A stretch of DNA of 64,000 bases from Verrucomicrobiota bacterium (lineage in GTDB: Bacteria > Verrucomicrobiota > Verrucomicrobiia > Limisphaerales > Palsa-1400): positions 1-64,000 of the forward strand of contig JBEKYR010000005.1 of NCBI GenBank assembly GCA_049510745.1, read 5' to 3'. Positions 50,851 through 60,414 of the stretch are shown piece after piece. The position numbers and the translations under genes are program-made. How positions within the stretch are numbered: position 1 is the stretch's first letter; the number at the start of each line of letters is the position of its first letter. The notes under the pieces were generated by a model. That model was not told the origin of the DNA, did no database searches, and was given only the letters and a program-made list of their open reading frames with translations.

Positions 50851-51498
50851 TCAGTCCTTGACCGTGAATTTGGAGCGGGAGGCGCGCATGCGCTCGGCCT
50901 CGATGATCGCTTCCATCCGGCGCACGTCCTCGGCGATGGTCGTGCTGATGATCAGATACCTAAAATGCCGCCATTGCGCGATTTCGTGGCGGGCCACCCC
51001 CAGCCGCTTCTCCAGTTGCGCCGGGGGATCGGTGCCGCGCCCGCGCAAGCGCGCCTCCAATTGCGCCACGCTGGCCGGCGTCAGGAAGACCGTGACCAGC
51101 GCGTGCCGCAGCTCGGCGTCGGCCGCCGCGCGCGAGCAGATGGTGGCGGCGCCCTGCACGTCGATGTTGAGCAGCACGTCCTTGCCGCCGCGCAGCAGGT
51201 CGAGCAGCCCGGCTTTGGGCGTGCCGTAGCTGCGGTCATGCACGCGGGCGTGTTCCAGGAACGCTCCCGACTCGACGCGCCTGGAAAATTCCCTGTCGTC
51301 CAGGAAAAAATAGTCCCGTCCGTCGATTTCCCCGGGGCGCGGCGGGCGCGTGGTGCAGGTGATGGCGCGGGTCATCTCCGGGTGCGCGGCCAGCAGGTGC
51401 TGGCAGAGGGTGGTTTTGCCGCCGCCGGAGGGCGCGGAGAGCACGATCAGCAACGGGGTCGCCCCGCCGGCCTGGGGTTGGGGCGGTGGCGCGCTCAT
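50851..51498 (-). CDS. gmk: Guanylate kinase
   Basis: LSAPSGGGKTT, TTRPPRPGEIDGRDYFF, YGTP, IDVQG. Confidence 0.96.
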   Translation of the reverse strand: MSAPPPQPQAGGATPLLIVLSAPSGGGKTTLCQHLLAAHPEMTRAITCTTRPPRPGEIDGRDYFFLDDREFSRRVESGAFLEHARVHDRSYGTPKAGLLDLLRGGKDVLLNIDVQGAATICSRAAADAELRHALVTVFLTPASVAQLEARLRGRGTDPPAQLEKRLGVARHEIAQWRHFRYLIISTTIAEDVRRMEAIIEAERMRASRSKFTVKD

Positions 51499-52373
51499 TC
51501 GACGTTCTGGACTTGTTCGCGGAATTTTTCCAACTCGGCCTTGAGCAACACGACTTCGCGCGAAATGACGCTGTCGTTGGCCTTCGAGCCGAGGGTGTTG
51601 ATTTCGCGGTTGATTTCCTGCGCCAGAAAATCCAGCGTCCGCCCGATCGGCTCGCCGGATTTGACGCAGTCGTCAAACTGTTGGAAGTGGCTTTGCAGCC
51701 GGGTCAGCTCCTCGGAGATGTCCGAGCGGTCGGCGAAATAAAAAATCTCCTTGACAAGCCGCTCATCGTCCAGGCCCGGCGCTTCCAGGCCGGCGGCCTT
51801 GATGCGGGTCAATAATTGTTCGCGGTAGCGCTCGGCCACTTTGGGCGCCAGGCCCTGCACGCGCGACACCCCGGCGCGCATCACGGCCATGCGCGCCTTC
51901 AAATCCCTGGCCAGAAAGGCCCCTTCGCGCTCCCGCATCTTCAGCAGGACGTCCAGCGCGGCGTCCAGGGCCTTTTTCGTCGCCGGCCAAAGCGCCTCCG
52001 CCTCGGCGATCTCCTCCTCCGGCTCCAGCACGCCGGGGGCGCGGGCCAGCATGTCGAGTGTGACGGGGTCGGACAGACGGAGGGACTTGGCCAGGGCGCG
52101 AAGTTCTTTGGCGTAGCTCCTGGCCAGCGGCACGTCCAGGCGCATGTGGCCGGCGGCGCCCTTGGCGGCGTGGACGGACAGCCGCACCAACAGCCGTCCG
52201 CGCGCCACCCGCCGGTTAATCTCGTCGCGGATTTGCGCTTCGAGCACTTCGAGATCGCGGGGCAAATTGACGGCGATTTCGGTCTGTTTGCGGTTGACGG
52301 AACTGACCTCCACCGTGACTTTGAAGCCGCGTTGCGAGCACTCGCCGCGTCCGTATCCGGTCATTGATTTCAT
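51495..52373 (-). CDS. yicC: YicC/YloC-family endoribonuclease
   Basis: MKSMTGYG, SVNRK, DISEELTRL, GRTLDFLAQEINREINTLGSK, REQVQNVE; adjacent to gmk. Confidence 0.94.
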   Translation of the reverse strand: MKSMTGYGRGECSQRGFKVTVEVSSVNRKQTEIAVNLPRDLEVLEAQIRDEINRRVARGRLLVRLSVHAAKGAAGHMRLDVPLARSYAKELRALAKSLRLSDPVTLDMLARAPGVLEPEEEIAEAEALWPATKKALDAALDVLLKMREREGAFLARDLKARMAVMRAGVSRVQGLAPKVAERYREQLLTRIKAAGLEAPGLDDERLVKEIFYFADRSDISEELTRLQSHFQQFDDCVKSGEPIGRTLDFLAQEINREINTLGSKANDSVISREVVLLKAELEKFREQVQNVE

Positions 52374-52453
52374 CGTTGGCCTCCGATTTACGCGCAAGGG
52401 GCGCGGATTTGCAATGTCATTCGCGCGTTTGTAGAATGGCCGCCGCTTTTATT

Positions 52454-53536
52454 ATGACGCCGCTTCTCCTGCATGACCTTCACCGGGCCGCCGGGGCCGC
52501 CTTTGTCGAGGTCAACGGCCTCGAGGCGGCCGCCCATTATGGCGATTGGCTGGCCGAATACGAAGCCCTCCGCCAGGCGGCGGCGGTGCTCGACTTGAGC
52601 TTTCGCGGGCGCTTGTGCGTGGTGGGGGCCGACGCCCAAAAATTTCTCAACGGCCAGGTGACCAACAACGTGAAGGACTTGAAGCCGGGCGCCGGCTGCT
52701 ACGCCGCGCTGGTTTCCGCCAAGGGCAGAATGGAAAGCGATCTTAACATTTACCGGCTGGAAAACGAGATGCTGCTCGATTTCGAGCCGGGCCTGTCCGC
52801 CCGCGTGACGCAACGGCTGGAGAAATTCATCATCGCCGAGGACGCGCAAGTGATCGATGTCGCGCCGGACTACGGGCTTTTGAGCGTGCAAGGTCCGAAG
52901 GCGGCGGCGGTGCTCGCCCGTTGGGCGCCGGGCCTGGCCGTGCCGCAAGAGGCGATGGCCGCGGCGAAATTGGCCGGCGCCGTCGCGGGCGAAATATACG
53001 TGACCAACCAGGCAAGGGCCGGCCAGCCGGGTTTCGATCTCTTTGTTCCCGCCGCCGCCATGAAGGAGACGGCCGCGCAATTGCTGGCGCGCGGCGGGCG
53101 TTGGTGCGGTTGGGCGGCGCTGGAGACGGCCCGCGTCGAGGCGGGCCTGCCCCGTTTCGGCGTGGACATGGACGAGACCAACCTGGCGCCGGAAGCGCTG
53201 GACGCGCGCGCCATCAGTTATTCCAAGGGGTGCTACATCGGCCAGGAAGTCATCGCGCGCATCCGCACATACGGCCAGGTGGCCAGGGCGTTGCGCGGCT
53301 TGCGCTTGGGCGGGGAGGCAAAGGAATTGCCGGCCAGAGGCGCGAAACTTTTTGCCGGGGACAAGGAAGTGGGCCATATCACCAGCGCGGTCCGCTCGCC
53401 TCGACTCAACGCGGTGATTGCCCTGGGCTACGTCCGGCGCGAAGCCAGCCATGCGGGCGCGGCCTTATTCGCGCAAACTCCCGGCGGAAGAATCCCGGCG
53501 CAAATCGTGGACCTGCCCTTCAATCCCTTGCCGTGA
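52454..53536 (+). CDS. YgfZ/GcvT-family folate-binding protein
   Basis: KGCYIGQE YgfZ signature; GcvT-like N- and C-terminal regions. Confidence 0.88.
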   Translation: MTPLLLHDLHRAAGAAFVEVNGLEAAAHYGDWLAEYEALRQAAAVLDLSFRGRLCVVGADAQKFLNGQVTNNVKDLKPGAGCYAALVSAKGRMESDLNIYRLENEMLLDFEPGLSARVTQRLEKFIIAEDAQVIDVAPDYGLLSVQGPKAAAVLARWAPGLAVPQEAMAAAKLAGAVAGEIYVTNQARAGQPGFDLFVPAAAMKETAAQLLARGGRWCGWAALETARVEAGLPRFGVDMDETNLAPEALDARAISYSKGCYIGQEVIARIRTYGQVARALRGLRLGGEAKELPARGAKLFAGDKEVGHITSAVRSPRLNAVIALGYVRREASHAGAALFAQTPGGRIPAQIVDLPFNPLP

Positions 53537-53632
53537 GAATTCATTTGAACAGGGCAACAGAGTTCTTTTCTTCAGGTTTCTCTGTGGGCTGAACGCTCAT
53601 GGGAGGACTGTAATGGCGCACAGAATCGCCCA

Positions 53633-54022
53633 TCAATAGGAAATCACCTGTAGCCTGTCAATCCTCTGAAAGTGCTGAATGTTGGCTGTGACAACGGCCA
53701 ATTTATGATGCAAGGCTGTCGCTGCAATCCAGAGGTCGTTATCGCCCATGGTTTGGCCGACGGCGCGCAGTTGCCGCGAGAGTTGACCCGCAAGCCAAGC
53801 GATCTCGCGGTCAACGGACAGGATGCTGTAGCGGCGCAGACAAAGCCAGCAGTCCTGCTCCTGGCCTGCGTTGAATCCCTCCGCAAACTCGCCCGCGCTT
53901 ATGACACTGATATACAGGGGCGCATTTGGGTGTTGGGTTAGAAACGAATGAACGGCGCCAGGCCGGTTGCGTCTGATTTCCCGCTCGTAGTCAATCAGAA
54001 ATGTCGTGTCGAAAAGCATCAA
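53633..54022 (-). CDS. VapC-type PIN toxin
   Basis: LFDTTFLID, ISVISAGEF, GDNDLWIAATAL, VVTANIQHF. Confidence 0.9.
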   Translation of the reverse strand: MMLFDTTFLIDYEREIRRNRPGAVHSFLTQHPNAPLYISVISAGEFAEGFNAGQEQDCWLCLRRYSILSVDREIAWLAGQLSRQLRAVGQTMGDNDLWIAATALHHKLAVVTANIQHFQRIDRLQVISY

Positions 54023-54025
54023 CGC

Positions 54026-54274
54026 TCAACCCCAATGCGACGGGCTGCGGGATGGATTGGATTGCGCTTCGGACAGGCGATCGAGGGCGTCTTCGGTCAG
54101 AAGTGACGAACCGGCGCGCTGTTTGAAATCTACCAGCAGGTCGCGAGCCAGCGAGGGTTTCAAGGGAAATTCAGCGCGGCGAACCACATCCGAGAAAGTC
54201 TCGTGTGGACTTAGTCTGGCCGATTCGAGCTTTTTCACGGCGTCTGATTCCAATTCGATGGTCACGATTGACAT
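54026..54274 (-). CDS. VapB-type antitoxin
   Basis: MSIVTIELESDAVKKLESARLSPHETFSDVVRR; lies directly upstream of the PIN gene. Confidence 0.8.
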   Translation of the reverse strand: MSIVTIELESDAVKKLESARLSPHETFSDVVRRAEFPLKPSLARDLLVDFKQRAGSSLLTEDALDRLSEAQSNPSRSPSHWG

Positions 54275-54360
54275 GTAGAAAACATGCCTGATTTGCGCCA
54301 GATATTCAAGTCTCGATTCTTGCCCCGCCCTGTTCACTGCCCTTCCAACCTCGAATTGCC

Positions 54361-54395
54361 TTGTCAACGTTGCGCCGGCTCCCCAGAATTTCACG
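54361..54395 (+). promoter_or_regulatory. Sigma70-like leaderless promoter of the DegT operon
   Basis: TTGTCA-N17-CAGAAT-N6-ATG(54396). Confidence 0.55.
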
Positions 54396-55523
54396 ATGAA
54401 AGTTGAATTCTACGGACATGTTCGGCAATACAACAACATCAAGGCCGAAATCGACGCCAATCTCCAGCAAGTCATCCAAAGCGGCCAGTTTGTTCTCGGC
54501 CCCATGCTCAAGCGGTTTGAAGGCGAGTTTGCCGCCTACTGCGGCGCCAAACACGCCATCGGGGTCGGCAACGGCACCGACGCCATTTGGCTGGCGCTGA
54601 TGGCCCTGGGCATCGGTCCGGGCGACGAATGCATCACTCACCCCAACACCTTCTTCGCCACCGCCGAAGCCATCTGGATCGCCGGGGCGGGGGCCGTGCT
54701 GGTCGATTGCGACCCCAAAACCAAGTGCATTGATCCGGCGAAAATCCGGGCGGCCATCTCGCCCAGGACCAAGGCCATCATCCCCGTGCATCTTTACGGC
54801 CAATGCGCCGACATGACGGCAATCCGCAAAATCGCCGACCAACACAAACTGTTCGTCATCGAGGACAACGCCCAGGCCATCGGCGCGCGGGGCGACGGCT
54901 TCACGATCGGCGAGTTGAGCGACGCCACCGCCACCAGTTTCATCATTCAAAAGAACCTCGGCACCTTCGGCGACGGCGGCGCGCTGGTGACGAACAACTC
55001 CGACATCGACGCGCGCGTGCGCCAACTGCGCAACCACGGTTCCAACGCCCGCAACGTTCACAGTTTCGGATTCAACAGCCGGCTGGACGACCTCCACGCC
55101 GCCATCCTGAGCGCGAAGCTCAAACACATTGACCCATGGAACGACCGGCGCCGGCAGAACGCGGCGCGCTACACCGCCGGATTGAAAGGGGCCAGACATT
55201 TCACGCTGCCTTACGAGGTTCCCGGCGCCCGGCACGTTTTTCATCTTTACGTCATCGAAACCAGGAACCCGTCCAAACGGGACGGCTTCCTGAAATTCCT
55301 GAATGACTCCGGGGTGGACGCCAAGACCCACTATTCCATCGCCATTCACCAGCAGGCCGGCTTTCCGTGGGGCAAGGCGGCGCGCACGGTTGGCTCGCTG
55401 GCCAACGCGGAGGCCAACGCCGCCGCCTGCATTTCGCTGCCCATGTTCCCGGAATTGACGGAGAACGAGGTCGATTACGTCATCGCCAAGGCGCTGCAAT
55501 GGGACCAGGCGCAGACCTCTTGA
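54396..55523 (+). CDS. DegT/DnrJ/EryC1/StrS PLP-dependent sugar aminotransferase
   Basis: GNGTDA, PVHLYGQ, IEDNAQA, SFIIQKNLGTFGDGG (PLP Lys), NSRLD. Confidence 0.93.
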   Translation: MKVEFYGHVRQYNNIKAEIDANLQQVIQSGQFVLGPMLKRFEGEFAAYCGAKHAIGVGNGTDAIWLALMALGIGPGDECITHPNTFFATAEAIWIAGAGAVLVDCDPKTKCIDPAKIRAAISPRTKAIIPVHLYGQCADMTAIRKIADQHKLFVIEDNAQAIGARGDGFTIGELSDATATSFIIQKNLGTFGDGGALVTNNSDIDARVRQLRNHGSNARNVHSFGFNSRLDDLHAAILSAKLKHIDPWNDRRRQNAARYTAGLKGARHFTLPYEVPGARHVFHLYVIETRNPSKRDGFLKFLNDSGVDAKTHYSIAIHQQAGFPWGKAARTVGSLANAEANAAACISLPMFPELTENEVDYVIAKALQWDQAQTS

Positions 55524-55529
55524 TTTGCC

Positions 55530-56597
55530 ATGAACCGCTACAAAGTCATCGTCGTCGGCATGGGCAAACGCGGGCTGCATCACGCCACCGCCTTTCACGC
55601 CAACAGCCGCTTCCAGGTGGCCGGGATTTGCGACATCGACAAAGCCCGCCTGGACGCCGCCGCGCCGAAATTGGGGCAGCCGGAAATCAGCACGGACGCG
55701 CGCGCCCTGGCCCGCAGCGTCAAGCCGGACATTTTTTGCTTTTGCACGCTGCCCCATCTGCGCTCGGACCTGATCCGGGCCGGCATTGAATCCGGCGCGA
55801 AACTGATCGCCTTCGAGAAACCGGTCGCGCTGACCAGCGCGGAGGGATTCAAGATCAAGCAGATGCTCGAGGCCGCGAAAGTTAAAGCGGTCGTGAGCCA
55901 TCAGCATCGTTATGGGGAACATTACCGGAAGGTGCATGACCTCATCACCAGCGGCGCGCTGGGGCGGCTGAACACGGTTTATGGGACGGCCACCGGCTGG
56001 ATGATGCACATGCTGAGCCATCTGGTTGATTACGCGCTCTGGTATAATCCCGGCGGCCAGGCGCAATGGGTCATGGCGCAAGCCGGCGGGCGGGGCAAGC
56101 TGGCCGATTCCCATCCGTCGCCCGATTACATCGCCGGATTTATTCATTTTTCCAACGGGGTGCATGGGATCATTGAGTGCGGGGCGGGCGCGCCCGACGT
56201 GCCCGAAGTTCCTTATTGGTGGCGCAAGTGCCGCATCGGCGCGCAAGGCGCCGAAGGGTTTGCCGAGGTCATGACCGGCGGCGGCTGGCGGGCGGTGACC
56301 AAAGGCGGCGCTTTCAGCGGGGCAGGGTCGATGAACTACGACCTGGACATGCCGCCCTACGTCCAGGAAATGGCCGATTGGCTGGATGACGACAAGAAAA
56401 TCCATGCCTGCAATTTTGGGACGGCCTGGCAGGGGTTTGAAATCATGATGGCGCTGTGCCGCTCGGCCATCGAGGGCGGACAAATTGCGTTGCCGCTGAC
56501 TTCCGGCATGGATGAAATCGCGGCCTTCAAAGAGAAGTTGCCGCAGCGCAAAGTCCTCTTTTCCATGCCCGAAAACGCCAAGGAATATCCGGGCTAA
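55530..56597 (+). CDS. Gfo/Idh/MocA oxidoreductase (cytoplasmic)
   Basis: VIVVGMGKRG, AFEKP, VSHQHRY. Confidence 0.85.
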   Translation: MNRYKVIVVGMGKRGLHHATAFHANSRFQVAGICDIDKARLDAAAPKLGQPEISTDARALARSVKPDIFCFCTLPHLRSDLIRAGIESGAKLIAFEKPVALTSAEGFKIKQMLEAAKVKAVVSHQHRYGEHYRKVHDLITSGALGRLNTVYGTATGWMMHMLSHLVDYALWYNPGGQAQWVMAQAGGRGKLADSHPSPDYIAGFIHFSNGVHGIIECGAGAPDVPEVPYWWRKCRIGAQGAEGFAEVMTGGGWRAVTKGGAFSGAGSMNYDLDMPPYVQEMADWLDDDKKIHACNFGTAWQGFEIMMALCRSAIEGGQIALPLTSGMDEIAAFKEKLPQRKVLFSMPENAKEYPG

Positions 56598-56614
56598 ACC
56601 CGGCGCCCGCCACC

Positions 56615-57400
56615 GTGGAAGCGATCATCCGTCCCAATCACGAGAGCGCGGCGCTTTTGGTCGCGCGCCTCATCGCCAAGGAATTGAGAGCGCAGCCCTC
56701 GCTGGTGCTGGGCCTGGCGACGGGCCGCACCATGGAATCGGTTTACGACGTGCTGGCGCGGATGCGCCGCGAGGAGCGCTTGGATTTTTCCCTTTGCCGG
56801 ACCTTCAATCTGGATGAATACGTCGGCCTGGCCCCCGCGGACCCGCACTCCTACCGCTATTACATGAACGAGCACCTCTTCCGCCGCGTCAACATCGACC
56901 CGCGCAACACCCATCTGCCCAACGGCCTGGCGGCGGACCTGGACGCCGAATGCCATCAATACGAAGAAGAGATCAGGCGCTGCGACGGGATCGACCTGCA
57001 ATTGCTGGGCATCGGCAAGGACGGGCACATCGGTTTCAACGAGCCGTTGTCCGCCTTGCGCTCGCGGACGCGGGTCAAGGCGCTGACTCCCGCCACCGTC
57101 GAGCAAAACGCCGGGTTTTTTGGCGGCGCCGCCAACGTGCCGCGGCGGGCGATCACGATGGGCGTGGGAACGATCCTGGAATGCCGGCGCTGCCTGCTTC
57201 TGGCCACCGGCGAAAGCAAGGCCGGCGTCATCGCCCAGGCAGTGGAAGGCCCGATCACCTCGATGATTTCCGCCACGGCCCTGCAACTGCACGCCCGCTG
57301 CACGGTGGTCGTGGACGAAGCGGCGGCAGGCAAATTGCAGGCGGCCGATTATTACCGCTGGATTTTCGCCAACGAACCCGAATGGGAGGAATTCCGGTAA
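56615..57400 (+). CDS. nagB: Glucosamine-6-phosphate deaminase
   Basis: LGLATGRT, FNLDEYVGL, LLGIGKDGHIGFNEP, AITMG. Confidence 0.93.
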   Translation: MEAIIRPNHESAALLVARLIAKELRAQPSLVLGLATGRTMESVYDVLARMRREERLDFSLCRTFNLDEYVGLAPADPHSYRYYMNEHLFRRVNIDPRNTHLPNGLAADLDAECHQYEEEIRRCDGIDLQLLGIGKDGHIGFNEPLSALRSRTRVKALTPATVEQNAGFFGGAANVPRRAITMGVGTILECRRCLLLATGESKAGVIAQAVEGPITSMISATALQLHARCTVVVDEAAAGKLQAADYYRWIFANEPEWEEFR

Positions 57401-57554
57401 ATTCCGCCTCGCGGCCCGCTTGAAAATCGGATCAGAAACCCGCGCCAACCCGGTTTTTCGGATTAGAATGGCAGACGCGCGCGTTAAATATAATCATTGA
57501 AGCTAATTTTAATTTGACCGGCAGGGGATGGACTGGGTAAAGATTTGAGGAGAA

Positions 57555-58970
57555 ATGAAATCCATTGCTGTTCCGCGACGGGTGGCCGCCGCTCTGGTCT
57601 GCTGGCTCCTGCCCGTATTTCTCAACCCGGTTTATGCGCAAGGCGCCGGAACGATCGAGGAGCGCGTCGCCCGATTGGAGGCAGCCAGCCGCCAGGCTCC
57701 GGTCATCAACGCGGGCGATAACGCCTGGGTGCTGGCCAGCGCCGCGCTGGTGCTGATGATGACGGCGCCGGGTTTGATTCTCTTCTACGGCGGGTTGGTG
57801 CGGCGCAAGAACGTCCTGGGCACGATGATGCAAAGCCTCATCTTGATGGCGCTGGTTTCGGCGTTGTGGATGGTGTACGGCTACAGCATGGCCTTCGGGG
57901 AAGGGAACCCGTTTTTCGGAAATCCCTTTCAGTATTTCATGCTCAAAGGCGTGGGGGCCGCGCCAAATCCGGCCTATGCGCCGACGGTCCCGCAAGAGAG
58001 CTTCATGCTCTTTCAAATGATGTTCGCCATCATCACGCCGGCGCTCATCAGCGGCGCGATTGCCGAGCGGATGAAGTTCAAGGCTTACGTCCTGTTCATG
58101 ACGCTGTGGGTGACGTTCATTTATTTCCCGTTGTGCCACATGGTTTGGGGCCAGGGCGGTTTGTTTAATTGGAGCCTGGGCGGCCGGTATCCCGTGCTCG
58201 ATTTCGCCGGCGGCACGGTGGTGCATGTCAGCTCGGGCGTCTCGGCGCTGGTCTGCGCGCTGGTGCTCGGAAAGCGGATCGGTTTCCCGGCCGAGCCGAT
58301 GCCCCCGCACAACGTCGTCTTGAGCCTGATCGGCACGGGCCTTTTGTGGGTGGGCTGGTTTGGGTTCAACGCCGGCAGCGCGGTCAACGCCGGCGCTCTG
58401 GCCAGCAGCGCGTTTGCGGCGACGCATTTCTCGGCGGCCGCGGCCGCGCTGGGATGGGGCGTGACCGAATGGCGCCTCAAGGGCAGGCCCAGCGTTCTGG
58501 GGGTCGCCTCCGGGATGGTCGCGGGCCTGGCCACGATCACGCCCGCCTCCGGTTTTGTGACGATCCCGGCGGCGTTCTTAATCGGGTTGACAGGCGGGGT
58601 GTTTTGCTACATGGCGGTCAGCAAGCTCAAACACGCGTTGCGCTACGACGACTCGCTCGATGTCTTCGGCGTGCATGCGGTTGGCAGTGCGACGGGCCTG
58701 CTGATGACGGGGATATTCGCCAGCGCGGACGTCAACGCGGCCATCGGGAACACCTTCACCGCCGGCGGCAAGGTGATCTCGCTGGCCGGAAGCCCGGCGC
58801 AATTGGGCAATCAATTCCGCGGGCTGATCTTCACGGTGGTTCTCGCCGCCGCGGGAACGTATGTGATCCTCAAGGTGGTCGGCGCGCTGGCCGGCCTGCG
58901 TGTGACGCCGGAGGAGGAGGATTCGGGACTGGACCTGACGCAGCACGGCGAGAGCGCGTACAACGATTAA
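57555..58970 (+). CDS. amt: Ammonium transporter
   Basis: FQMMFAIIT, DFAGGTVVH, WFGFNAGS, DDSLDVFGVH, GLDLTQHGE. Confidence 0.96.
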   Translation: MKSIAVPRRVAAALVCWLLPVFLNPVYAQGAGTIEERVARLEAASRQAPVINAGDNAWVLASAALVLMMTAPGLILFYGGLVRRKNVLGTMMQSLILMALVSALWMVYGYSMAFGEGNPFFGNPFQYFMLKGVGAAPNPAYAPTVPQESFMLFQMMFAIITPALISGAIAERMKFKAYVLFMTLWVTFIYFPLCHMVWGQGGLFNWSLGGRYPVLDFAGGTVVHVSSGVSALVCALVLGKRIGFPAEPMPPHNVVLSLIGTGLLWVGWFGFNAGSAVNAGALASSAFAATHFSAAAAALGWGVTEWRLKGRPSVLGVASGMVAGLATITPASGFVTIPAAFLIGLTGGVFCYMAVSKLKHALRYDDSLDVFGVHAVGSATGLLMTGIFASADVNAAIGNTFTAGGKVISLAGSPAQLGNQFRGLIFTVVLAAAGTYVILKVVGALAGLRVTPEEEDSGLDLTQHGESAYND

Positions 58971-59321
<351 letters not shown>

Positions 59322-59339
59322 GAGCGGGGCGAAAGAGGG

Positions 59340-59368
59340 TGGGGTGGCCAACGGGCCTCGAACCCGCA
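59340..59368 (-). other. Isolated 3' fragment of a tRNA (probably tRNA-His), putative att site
   Basis: The minus strand reads TGCGGG-TTCGAGG-CCCGT-TGGCCAC-C-CCA: a T arm, the acceptor 3' strand, a C discriminator and CCA. No matching 5' half lies upstream. Confidence 0.75.
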
Positions 59369-59416
59369 ATACGCAACCCAGCCTCGGCACTCTTCATTGT
59401 GCCGGCACTTCGGAAA

Positions 59417-59686
59417 TCATCCGGCGGCCTGGGTTTTTTGTTCGATTGCCGCGGCGATGGTGTTGACATTCCGCAGGATTACTTTGGCCGCCTCCGCATC
59501 AGAAATCTTCAGCCCGTAATTCTTGTCCAGGGCCACGACCAGTTGCAGCGCGTCCACCGAATCCAGCCCGAGTCCGCCCGGGCCGAACATCGAAATGTCG
59601 TCGGCGATCTCTTCGGCGGTGGTTTGAAGCATGAGGTTTTCAACCAGCAAGCGTTTGATGTGCAGTTTTAGTTCCGGGTTGTTCAT
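59417..59686 (-). CDS. Acyl carrier protein
   Basis: FGPGGLGLDSVDALQL phosphopantetheine Ser motif. Confidence 0.92.
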   Translation of the reverse strand: MNNPELKLHIKRLLVENLMLQTTAEEIADDISMFGPGGLGLDSVDALQLVVALDKNYGLKISDAEAAKVILRNVNTIAAAIEQKTQAAG

Positions 59687-60414
59687 TAGAATATGCCGCC
59701 GTCAATTTTGAGTGTGGAGCCTGTGATGTAGCCAGCTTCGCCGCAAGCCAAAAAACGGACGGCGGCCGCCACTTCGCCTGGTTGGCCGAACCGTCTCATG
59801 GGAATCCTCTCGATGGCCCGTTTACGTTCCATCTCGTCCATCGCCAGCGTGGCGGTATCCACGTAACCCGGGCAGACGGCGTTAACCGTGATGCCAATTC
59901 GGGCAACTTCCTTGGCCAGTGATCGGGTCAGCGCCAGCACTCCAGCCTTGGCGGCAGCGTAGTTTGCCTGGCCGGCGGGCGCCAGCAACGCGCTGAGCGA
60001 GGCGATATTGATGATGCGGCCATGGCGCTGGCCAATCATCGTGGGAAGAACGGCCTGACAGCCGTGAAAGACTCCCTCCAAATTAAGGGCGAGAATTTTT
60101 TGCCACGAGTCCAAAGACATGGTGGCCAGCAAGGCATCCTGGTGATCGCCGGCATTGTTGACCAGCACATCCAGTCGCTGATGGCGGGCGAGAATCTCTG
60201 CCACGGCCGCCTTCCATGAGTCAGGCCGGGTGACATCCAACGCAATCGTGCGGCAGCGATCCGGACTTTCCCCGGCAAGTTTTTCGGCCTGATCAAGGCG
60301 CGCGTGAATGCCCAGCCAGATTTGATTTTCCGGGGATTCCTGGAGGAACGACCGTGCAATGGCTTGCCCAATGCCGCCATTGGCGCCGGTGACTAAAATG
60401 ACGCGCGGATTCAT
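59686..60414 (-). CDS. 3-oxoacyl-ACP reductase (FabG-like SDR)
   Basis: VTGANGGIG, LVNNAG, GQANYAAAK, ITVNAVCPG. Confidence 0.92.
   Translation of the reverse strand: MNPRVILVTGANGGIGQAIARSFLQESPENQIWLGIHARLDQAEKLAGESPDRCRTIALDVTRPDSWKAAVAEILARHQRLDVLVNNAGDHQDALLATMSLDSWQKILALNLEGVFHGCQAVLPTMIGQRHGRIINIASLSALLAPAGQANYAAAKAGVLALTRSLAKEVARIGITVNAVCPGYVDTATLAMDEMERKRAIERIPMRRFGQPGEVAAAVRFLACGEAGYITGSTLKIDGGIF

Noticed and set aside
50692..51498. Gmk-IstB fusion by TGA readthrough or selenocysteine
   Set aside because: Gmk is complete at its stop and the downstream peptide is a transposon relic; an in-frame junction has a 1-in-3 chance.
77..56483. Long antisense or alternate-frame ORFs (e.g. 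77-1204 +, 20214-22631 +, 34112-36337 -, 41695-43941 -, 54306-56483 -)
   Set aside because: They shadow well-supported genes on the other strand, carry no motifs, and are expected in high-GC DNA.
57465..57490. Sigma-54 promoter upstream of amt
   Set aside because: TGGCAG is present but there is no acceptable -12 TTGC element at the required spacing.
59340..59420. Complete tRNA gene
   Set aside because: Only the T arm and acceptor 3' strand are present; no D arm, anticodon arm or complementary 5' strand lies at the expected distance.
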